From Octopus sinensis (Eukaryota), in assembly GCF_006345805.1 (NCBI RefSeq), contig NW_021832476.1:1-30776 (forward strand): a DNA stretch of 30,776 nucleotides, read 5' to 3'. The position numbers were made by a program, and so were the translations under genes. Each line of letters begins with the position of its first letter. The first letter of the stretch is position 1. This document shows, in pieces, positions 21,914-30,776 of this stretch. The notes below the pieces were generated by a model. The model searched no databases. It had not been told where the DNA came from and saw nothing but the letters and a program-made list of their open reading frames with translations.

Positions 21914-21952
<39 letters not shown>

Positions 21953-22161
21953 GTTGTGTTTGGGGATGGTCATGTTGCCAATTTAGCCAATGAAAACACA
22001 CGCACTGTATATTTGTTGTTCACTTGCTTCTGGTTTATTTCATATCAATTGCGGCCGAAATACAATTAATATGAAATAAAGGTGAAGCAACTGAACACTA
22101 AATATATAGTGCGTGTGTTTCCATTGGCTAAATTGGCAACATGACCATCCCCAAACACAAC
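21953..22161. repeat. Fold-back element F2 (about 210 bp near-complete palindrome) next to (TA)n
   Basis: gttgtgtttggggatggtcatgttgccaatttagccaatg... / ...cattggctaaattggcaacatgaccatccccaaacacaac; outer 60 bp nearly perfect; loop of about 11 nt (cggccgaaata). Confidence 0.9.
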
Positions 22162-22261
22162 AATATCTGCTTCAATACACGAACTTGCATCAATAATCTT
22201 GCAAAACAAATATATAATAACCGTATATATATATATATATATATATATATGCCATCAGATT

Positions 22262-22645
22262 TTATTTCCCTGCTTCAGTATTGTTACTTGAATTATGCTG
22301 TTAAACTTCAAATGCCTTGCACTAGAGTTGACACTCATTTGAATGGCAGGATGTTTCTTCGATTCCATTCGTCTTCAATTACTTCGTAGCTATGACTTGA
22401 ATGTAGCATCTCACTCCATTCTCATGAGTAAATACATAAAATAATTTGAGTAAATTCAGGTAGAATTTTCAGTTAATCCATGTGAATGGAAATGTCGTAT
22501 TCAAGCCATAGTTACAAAAGTGTTTCAAGACAAATGAAATCGAAGAGAAATCCCCCCATTGAAACGGGTGTTATCTGTATTGTTAGGCTTTTGAAGTTAG
22601 ACGCCATATTTCAACTAACAGTAGAACGCTCAGCATTGAAATTTA
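22262..22645. repeat. Diverged fold-back F3 downstream of a PLE endonuclease relic
   Basis: 22262-22420 versus 22485-22645, roughly 70% complementary by eye. Confidence 0.75.
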
Positions 22646-22819
22646 GTGTTGTTGACATGATGGCGTGTTCTGAAATGTTGTTGGTGACAATAAGAAAACG
22701 TGTGTGTTTCGAGAGTACATTAATTAAAAGCTGTATTTTATGCGCTAAACCCATGACTGACTGTGACAACAGTGCAGTATTACAGGACAGTGGATAAAAT
22801 GAATGTTCGTTTAGTGTAC

Positions 22820-23270
22820 TTTTTGTCATGTGGCTTAGAAGAAATAATTCCAACTTTCAGTTTAACAAATTCAGTGCATAAATATATTGTACTTGTCAGT
22901 TAAAATCAAAAGGCATTTGAATCCATTGATTTAGGAAGCCGCAGTCTCAGTAGTTACCCTACTGACCTTCAAACTATTAATATCTTTGAGTTTCAGCTCA
23001 ATTTTCTTGGAGGGCATTGTATGTACTCTTAATGTCGCAACGAATAAGTGTGTTGGATAAATATTGGATTAAAATCATTTGTAGTCAGACCTATGTAATA
23101 TTTATAATACTGTTATACAATATTCAGTCACTAGTTTACGGTTTCCTTGAGGATGTTTTTTATGGTCTAGTGGTCAGATATTAGCAGCAAAGAAGTTTCA
23201 TTGAGTAAGTGACGCTTGTGCATTTTGGCTACAGTTGATTTTTCTTAGCAATTCTTGCAGTAAACGTATC
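22820..23270 (-). pseudogene. Decayed Penelope-like GIY-YIG endonuclease domain
   Basis: Minus strand with stops and frameshifts: PLDHK...ILKETV...KYYIGLTTNDF...QHTYSLRH...ELKLKDI...S*INGFKCLLILTDKY...LLN*KLELF...PHDKKY, collinear with the PLE consensus CPL.GKC..YIG.T...F..RY.NH..SF...C.LCL.EK...LLN.RSEL...C.H..KY. Confidence 0.65.
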
Positions 23271-23405
23271 ATAAATACGTAGTACGGTATATAAAATAAT
23301 GAAGTCATAACAAATAATGATATTTTGAAATCAGTTAATACGCACGTTTCAGATTACTACGCAATACATAACAGGAAATACATGCCTTACACAAGACATT
23401 CTCTA

Positions 23406-23439
<34 letters not shown>

Positions 23440-23473
23440 CATACATACATACATACGTACGTACGTACGTACA

Positions 23474-23515
<42 letters not shown>

Positions 23516-23842
23516 TCGGTCAGAGCAATAGTAGTCGGCTACTAAGCTAGGATGAATATGAGTAGAGAGGGAGAAGGAATGGAGGTAGAGAGAGCGGAAG
23601 AGGGAGAAATATATAGAGAGGAAGATGGGGAAAAGAGAAAAGATGTGAGAAAAGAGGGGGAAAAAACGGGATTGGTTATGTTGGTATGTGTGCATAGAAA
23701 AAACATAAGGGATAATGGAGTACAGGGAAGACATCTAAAGGGGTCAACAAAGTAACGTGCATCGCTTCTAGGCATAACACAATCTATATAATTTATGTAT
23801 GTATATAAATAAATGTGTATATATTTACATTATATAGTCATG

Positions 23843-23879
<37 letters not shown>

Positions 23880-24103
23880 CATATCTTTGTTTGTGGAGGA
23901 ACAGCATGAGAAAACATAACCACTGACCTTCAATGCACCATCCTTTTTCCATAAATCTATTATGTTGGGACCTAAGTACTTTAGCATGATCTAAATGATC
24001 AGTAAGTATTAAATGCCCCGCGCCCTCCCATCTCTGCTAAATTAGATTCTACATTGTTCAAATTACGAAAAAATATTTTTGAATCTACCGCTCAAAAATT
24101 TTG

Positions 24104-24136
<33 letters not shown>

Positions 24137-24171
24137 TATATATATATATATTATATATATATATATATATA

Positions 24172-24222
<51 letters not shown>

Positions 24223-24237
24223 TATAATGTATGTATA

Positions 24238-24441
24238 GTTATCCAAACATAAAAACACAAAAAGAAAAAAACACACACAACGCGAGGACGTGGAACAAGT
24301 ATAGTGTTATTGGACGCTCAGGAAAGGAGGAAGAAGGAGGGTTTTACGTTTCGAGCGGGCCTTCGTCAGAAACATAGAAAAGGAAAGATCCAAAGAAGGG
24401 AAGACGGAGGAAAAAAATCGCCAACGGTACACACGCGGTCA
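24238..24441 (-). mobile_element. Hammerhead-bearing short repeat, family H1 second copy (motif at 24341-24373, stem II damaged)
   Basis: Minus strand gttt-CTGACGA-aggccc-GCTC-GAAAC-GTA-aaac; 3' end abuts (TA)n. Confidence 0.8.
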
Positions 24442-24474
24442 GTACATATAAATTCGTTGAATTTCTGAGGGACT

Positions 24475-24910
24475 TGTTCCTACTTCATTCGTTCCTTCTT
24501 CCCCCCCATCCCTCTCCCTCCTCTCCCCCTCCCTCTTCTCTCCTCCCTGTCTCTTGTTCCCGTCCCCTCCATCCCTCTTCCACCTTCCCTCCTCCCCTCC
24601 GCTCACTCTTTCTATCCTTTCCTCTGTATCTTCTTCTTCTTCTTTCCCTTAATTTTACTCTTATTTTAATTCTGTCCCTCTTCTACTTTTTTTCTCACTC
24701 GCTGCCACTTGTGTAGGTGTATAACCAGGAAGTGCCGCCAAAATCGCTTTCCAGGTCAACTGATCAAATACAGCGGATGAATGTATCTCTCTCTCTCTCC
24801 CTCTCTCTCTCACTCTCTCTCTCTCACTCTCATTCTCTCTCTCACTCTCTCTCTCAATCTCACTCTCTCTCTCACTCTCACTCTCTCTCTCTATCTCTCT
24901 CTCTCTGCAC
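24475..24910. repeat. Polypyrimidine / (CT)n tracts
   Basis: Directly visible; similar tracts at 28800-28905 and the GA-rich 23560-23660. Confidence 0.9.
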
Positions 24911-25172
24911 CCTCTCTCTGTTTAAACCCACACCCCACCCTTGCTTTTCCCCACTTTCGTCTCCCCTACATCCTAACAACACCACCACACTATACACCAC
25001 CATACCACAGAACACCACATCACCTCACACCACCATGCACACACTAGCACTGACCACTTTCCAGTCCCACATCACACATCTACACATACACACACGCACA
25101 CGTCAAGGTTACCAGCCCTCTTCCACACGCACATACATGCTCTCCTCTACACACGCACGTGCATCTTCCTTT

Positions 25173-25336
25173 TGGGATCACCACTACTTTATTATCTCTC
25201 CTTGTTTCTTTCTGTGTTTCTTTCTGTGGAAGAGCGTAGGCTCGAAACGTCAAGACTTTTTCACTTCCCGTGCGTTAAACTAATACATCTGTTTGCTGTC
25301 TACACCACCTTGTTTCGTCTTTTGCTTTTTTTGTGA

Positions 25337-25344
<8 letters not shown>
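25173..25344 (+). mobile_element. Hammerhead-like short repeat, family H2 (motif at 25221-25254)
   Basis: ttt-CTGTGGA-a-GAGC-gtag-GCTC-GAAAC-GTC-aag; homologous to the reverse complement of 29507-29705; 3' end abuts a 60-bp (TA)n. Confidence 0.75.
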
Positions 25345-25405
<61 letters not shown>

Positions 25406-25409
<4 letters not shown>

Positions 25410-25610
25410 TAAATAAGGGTAGAAATTGATATTAATCAATTAAAAACCAGTGGCCTACATATTTTTAAAAAAATCCGAAGATTAAAAATTTTATACATGC
25501 AAAATTTATGCTAGATATAGAGAACACACTCTTCGCGATAAATGGCGAGTTTGACGTCTATATCTAGCATGCAGGCTGTCCACTATTAGTGGTCATTCCT
25601 CTAAATTTTG
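25406..25610. mobile_element. Unclassified ~205 bp unit between (TA)n tracts with a perfect 14-bp internal inverted repeat
   Basis: atgctagatataga (25508-25521) / tctatatctagcat (25557-25570). Confidence 0.45.
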
Positions 25611-25623
25611 TATATATATATAT

Positions 25624-25806
25624 GCAATTAGGATGGAACGCTTGCAGAAAACAGCACTACTTGGAACCGCTCGAATACTCTGGAAGGTCCTCGAAAAATA
25701 AGAGATGTTACCTTAGTTCCCTGGTAGTGAACAGCTGACACTGTGGTACATCTCCAGCGTTAGAAGCTGTGCAAAGTCAATTATAATAACAACAATAATA
25801 ATAATA
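25624..25806 (+). mobile_element. R4/Dong-like (RLE) LINE extreme 3' end with 3' UTR and (AAT)n tail
   Basis: AIRMERLQKTALLGTARILWKVLEK*, about 80 nt of UTR, then an (AAT/AAC) tail. Confidence 0.8.
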
Positions 25807-27104
25807 CATGGCTTAACCAAAGAAATAAACATGAAATTTGGCCCAGAAAAACGTGCCAAAGCGACCGTGAAAAGAGGAAAACTAGTTATGAGGAACAACA
25901 TCACATTAAATAAAGCAAATGAAATAAGAGAATTAGACGAAAGTCAGACCTACAAAAACTTAGAAATCAATGAACTAGATACGATACAACGCACAAAAAT
26001 GAAAAAGAAGTTAAGGAAGGAATACTAGAGACGAGTTAGATTCATAATGAAAAGAGAGCTCAATGCTAAAAACAAGATAATATATATCAACACTCTAGTC
26101 GTCCCAGTTATAAATTACAGCTACAATATTCTTAAATGGACTCTAAATGAACAAATCAAAATAGGCAGGAAAAACAAGAAAAATATTGACAGGATTTAGA
26201 ATGCATCACCCAGAATCTGACATAGAAAGGCCATATATACAAAGTATCAAAGGTGTAGAGGCCTTATACAGCTAGAAAACTATTAGAAAATAATCACCAT
26301 AGGACTCCAAAAATACATACTCAGAAGCAAGGAAAACTAATAAAAATAGCCACAAAATACGAACAAACAAAAAAACTGGTTTCTATCTTTAAGGAAGCTG
26401 ACAAATACAAAGAAGAAGGCATAGTACCTAACAACTATGAAGAAAAAGAAGAAACAACAAAAACTGAAGAACAAATGAAATTCAAACTAAAACTGTAACA
26501 GTAACGTATTATGATAAAACGATGGCAAGAAAAGCCCTTTCATGGCGAATATTGGCTTAAGTTAAACAGAAAAGAAATAGACAAAGCAAAATTCCAACAA
26601 TGGCTGAGAAGCTCAGGACTCAAAGCAGAGACTGAAGGACTTTTAATTGTAGCACAACACCAAAGCCTTCCTGCCAGAAATCACCGAAGACACGTAATGG
26701 AAAGAAATACAAGTAACTGCAGAATATGTAGCGATGGAAAAAGAAACAATAAATTATATTCTCTATGACTGCCCAGACCTGCTAAGCAAGAATATATTCA
26801 CAGACACAACAGAGTTGGAACCTATATACACTGGAAGCTATGCCAACACTATGGAATAACAACAGGAAAAAGCTGGTATAGGCACTCCCCAGAAAAGGTC
26901 ACAGAAAATGTGAAAGTAACCATACTCTGAGATATGCTAATACACGGGGCCTAAAAACAGAAACAATTCCTATTATAGAAGGTGCATTAGGTAGGATGAT
27001 AAACATTCAGACAAACATATAACAATAACGTCAGGACATACAAGTATATATTACATACAGAAAATTGTACTACTAGGCACTGCACACATCTTACATAAAA
27101 CACT

Positions 27105-27140
<36 letters not shown>
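25807..27140 (+). mobile_element. R4/Dong-like (RLE) LINE, 5'-truncated and decayed (RT C-terminal part, CCHC finger, endonuclease partly deleted)
   Basis: MKFGPEK...RRV..IMKRELNAKNKI..INTL.VPVINYSY; MHHPESDIER; WLRSSGLKAETEGL; CRIC...CP..AKQEYIHRHNRVG.YIHW; IL*DMLIH joined directly to GLKTETIPII.GALG; LLGTAHILHKTL* followed directly by (TAA)n. Confidence 0.88.
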
Positions 27141-27141
<1 letters not shown>

Positions 27142-27320
27142 TATTTTCTTTATTGACCACAAGGACCGAAAATACAAAGGGGTGATACAACATAATTGGG
27201 GACAAGTGGGGCTTAAGACAATGCTCGTGTATAAAATAAAATAATAACCAACAACCAACATTTAACCATAAAATACCACCAAGTGGTGTTTCTCATGGCC
27301 GAAAATATAATAATAATAAT

Positions 27321-27716
27321 ATTTTCTACTAAAGGCACAAGGCCTGAAATTTTGGGGAAGGGAACTAGACGATTACATCGACCTCAGTCTTTCACTGGTA
27401 CTTAATTTATCGACCCCGAAAGGATGAAAGGTAAAGTTGACCTGGGCGGTATTTGAACTCAGAATGTAGCCACGGGCGAAACACCTATTTCTTTACTACC
27501 CACAAGGGGTTACACACAAAGAGGACAAACGAGGACAGACAAACGGATTAAGCCGATTATATCGACCCCAGTGCGTAACTGGTACTTATTTAATCGACCC
27601 CGAAAGGATGAAAGGCAAAGTTGACCTCGGCGGAATTTGAACTCAGAATTTAGCGGCAGACGAAATACCGCTAAGCATTTTTCCCGGCGTACAAACGTTT
27701 CTGCTAGCTCGCCGCC
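27321..27716 (-). mobile_element. SINE family B, dimeric copy inserted in (AAT)n
   Basis: Reverse complement of 16119-16518 including the second unit; (AAT)n on both flanks. Confidence 0.9.
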
Positions 27717-28208
27717 TTAATAATAATAATGATAAAAATAGCATGCGACTCTCATGGCTTCAGTTCTTAACTAATTGGAACTGATTTATCTTGGTGTAAA
27801 AAATGAGCTCTAGTAAATATTCTGCTTGCTACCGCAATTTTGACCTTAATTAGTTGAGCATGTTCATTAGTGGCTGACTATATGTGCATCCCTGATCAGG
27901 TGCAGGAGTAGCGGAGGAGCGTCAAAGATGGGTATTGAGAGGGATTATTTGGGTTTGTATAATTCATCTTTTGAAACATTTGTGTTTCGTTCATCATATC
28001 TAAACGATCCTTTTTCAGGGACCTTTAAGGCAGATGGGATACTCGCCTTAAAGAAAATTCTAACTGGCCCCCACTAGCAAGGCCATGCGTTGGTTATCTT
28101 GATATGAGGTCACCATGTCACCCACCAATATATCTCATGAGAGATATATTGGACTTCGTATATTTGCACCCCAGCATCACTTTGATACGCGCTACACTGT
28201 CAGTCAGT

Positions 28209-28228
28209 TACTACTACTATTGCTGCTG

Positions 28229-28311
<83 letters not shown>

Positions 28312-28396
28312 TGTAGTAGTCGTAGCAGCACTAATAGAATTATTACTATTATTATTAGTAGTAGTAGTTGGAGTAGTAGTGGTAGTGGTGGTGGTG

Positions 28397-28439
<43 letters not shown>
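28209..28439. repeat. Compound trinucleotide array (CTA)n-(TAA)n-(TTA)n-(GTG)n-(TAG)n
   Basis: Directly visible; further (CAA)/(TAA) arrays at 28577-28712. Confidence 0.95.
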
Positions 28440-28599
28440 AAATGCGAAAGCAAAAGAAGGAAAAAATATAGCGAGAACATAATGACGTAGATTGGGAAGA
28501 CAAATGAAATATCTGCTGGTTTAACATAAAACGTTCTTCTGAGAACATTCCATTGTAGAAACACAACTGAGATCTAACAACAACAACAACAACATCAAC

Positions 28600-28637
<38 letters not shown>

Positions 28638-28657
28638 CAACAACAACGACAGAAATA

Positions 28658-28696
<39 letters not shown>

Positions 28697-29213
28697 TAAT
28701 ATAATAATAATATTTTCGTTTCTAATGGTGATGATGATGAAGGTCTTGCAGGTGTTTACTCTAAACACATTAATGATATTCATATATAGGTCTTCTGTAT
28801 TTCTTCCCCGTCACTCTCCTTCTCCCTCTTTCTCTCTCGTACTCTCTCTCTCTCTCTCTCTCTCTCACTCACTCTCTTTCTTTCTTTCTTTCCCTCTCTC
28901 TCTCTCGCTCTGTTCTGCTCTGTTCTGTTCAGATCTTTTCTTTCTTCGTCTAGATTTCCCGTTGTTCTTATAAATAATAATGGCGAGAATATTGGTATTT
29001 TTATAACTGCCAGACGTTGCTGGTAGAAATAAGTTTCTATTTTTGTGGTTCCAAGACCACGGTGGCCAGCATTCTGTTGGAATGGCCTAGTTCATCTCGT
29101 CACCACAGTCTGCTATTTCTATTACCATCAAGCTGTTTCTAGTTCCGCCGTTATCGGAGCTTTTTTGCGTACTTATAAGTAAAATATTAGTTTTTGCAGC
29201 CTAATCTTTTGCT

Positions 29214-29395
29214 CTTTTGCTTGTTTCGTCCAGTGCTCAGTGGCCATGCTGGAGTACTGCCTTCCTGGGTTTAGTCGATAAGATCGACTCAAGTACTTAT
29301 TTTTCAGTTTGGTACTTATTTTATCGGCCTCTTTTGTCGAACAACACCGGTTATCAAGCAGTGGAGATGGGGTAAATACAAACAAAAAGGCATAC
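29214..29395 (-). mobile_element. SINE family A, old 3' half
   Basis: ttttgcttgtttc...ggccatgctggagtactgcc...ttatcggcctcttttgtcgaac, followed by (TACA)n. Confidence 0.7.
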
Positions 29396-29434
29396 AGAGA
29401 CATACATACATACATACATACATACATACATACA

Positions 29435-29466
<32 letters not shown>

Positions 29467-29506
29467 CACGTGTGTGCGTGTGTATCATACATACATATAT
29501 ATATAA

Positions 29507-29705
29507 GGGGATAATTCACGAAAAAGAAAAACAAAAGTCGAAGACAGGTGGTGTAGAAAACAAACAGATGTATTAGTTTAATGCTCGGGAATGAAAAAGT
29601 CTTTTACGTTTCGAGCCTACGCTCTTCCACAGAAAGGGACACAGTTAGAAACAAGGAGAGGAACAAGGAGAGAAAAAATGTGTGTAGTGGCTACCGATCT
29701 ATCAT
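29507..29705 (-). mobile_element. Hammerhead-like short repeat, family H2 second copy (motif at 29601-29636)
   Basis: Minus strand cttt-CTGTGGA-a-GAGC-gtag-GCTC-GAAAC-GTA-aaag; short TA runs on both sides. Confidence 0.78.
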
Positions 29706-29770
29706 GATGTATATATATACACATACATACATACACGCACAAACAGACATATAAATATATGTGCGTGTGT

Positions 29771-29885
29771 GTGGAAGCGCATGGCTTAGTGGTTAAGGTG
29801 TTGCACTCACGATTGCGAGATCGCGGGTTCGATTCCCAGACCGGGCGTTGCGTTGTGTTCTTGAGCAAAGCACTTCATTTCACCT
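29771..29885 (+). mobile_element. tRNA-derived SINE head (C3-like), 3'-truncated
   Basis: gcgcatggcttagtggttaaggtg...gggttcgattcccagaccgggcg...ttcttgagcaaagcactt. Confidence 0.8.
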
Positions 29886-30259
29886 TCATTAAACGGCAGA
29901 AAGAAAAACAAACAAGCAAATAAAAAGAGCAAAAAAAAAAACAAAAACAAAGCAAAACAAAGAAAAACGAAAAAATTGTGGTTTAGTTATTGTCACACGA
30001 TCCAAATACAATTTCCTATTTTCACACATTCGAAAGATATTTAAGAAGCGCAATCTTTTAAAACAAACTACTAGGCTTCAATGAAAGCCAGTATTTGTTT
30101 ACATTGTAGCACCAGGTTTTGTTGTTGGTAAGCTATAGGTCAAGGTCCATCAAGAATATGGACCTGTAGTCAAAGACATTCTGTGGTAACAGTTCTATTT
30201 TTTATCTTTTCTATCGTCTGTTTTAGGAGAATTATTTCAGGGACTGTGCTGACATGTGC

Positions 30260-30385
30260 CCAGGTAGTTAGGGTCCTGTGCTCACTTACGCAAGAGTTTA
30301 AGTTCGTTTCTTAGACCAGGTGGCTCGTTGTCTTCTTGACCAAGGCACTTTGTTTCATGTTGCTCCAGTCTACTCAACTGACTAT
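30260..30385 (+). mobile_element. Degenerate tRNA-SINE (C3-like) 5' part
   Basis: gtagttaggg...agttcgtttcttagaccagg...ttcttgaccaaggcactttgtttcatgttgctccagtc. Confidence 0.55.
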
Positions 30386-30776
30386 GGGTACCACCCCAGT
30401 AATACTGTAGATCCACTTCCTCCCAACTATGATATGCTCGATGTTCCGCGTGGTCAAGTTTGGGAAAGCTGAAAGAGTGTCTACATCTGCTCGCGACAAC
30501 ATAGAGACAATACATTTAGCCAAAGCATATTACATGCTTGCCAGTAACGGCTATGCTTTCCTTTGTTTCATATCACTGTATCGTCCAGAATGTCCTTATA
30601 GTTGAAATTTGAGGGATATCTGACAATTATTTCTACTACTTCGAGCAACCAGATTGATTGATGTTGCTGCTGTTCTTTGACCCTAGCTCAGCGTTGATCG
30701 GGTAGACCTATGAGCAACGACATTCCAGCTGTAAATACCCACCTTTTCTTTTCTTTGCTTTTCCAGACCTAGTGTA

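Noticed and set aside
28115-28566. Poly-Leu/Ile/Val membrane-like ORF and poly-Thr/Ser ORF
   Set aside because: Direct translations of trinucleotide arrays.
28954-28994. FPVVLINNNGENIG, reminiscent of the IF3 N-terminal domain
   Set aside because: Too short, partly (AAT)n-derived, with no supporting exons.
1-30776. CRISPR array, operon or prokaryotic system
   Set aside because: No regularly spaced repeats with unique spacers and no dense coding; the sequence is eukaryotic repeat-rich DNA.

Overview
AT-rich eukaryotic non-coding DNA, most likely from an octopus (inferred from the tRNA-derived SINE families and the extreme (TA)n/(TG)n/(TATG)n/(AAT)n load; not verifiable here). I recognise no complete protein-coding gene, rRNA, true tRNA or CRISPR array. 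Most entries in the ORF track are microsatellite artefacts. The window is a mosaic of about 20 SINE copies or fragments, two mariner relics, one RTE LINE 3' fragment and two stacked R4/Dong-like LINE fragments sitting in (AAT)n. It also holds several decayed Penelope-like element (PLE) GIY-YIG relics. The most interesting signal is a set of short (~160-210 bp) repeats with a 3' end abutting (TA)n, each carrying a minimal type I hammerhead ribozyme motif. One copy has an intact core (17409-17443). A second family has a non-canonical CUGUGGA core in both of its copies. A cluster of three unrelated long fold-back hairpins lies at 21.3-22.65 kb. A few splice-bounded candidate mini-exons on both strands may belong to an unidentified host gene (low confidence). 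All alignments and identities were judged by eye.
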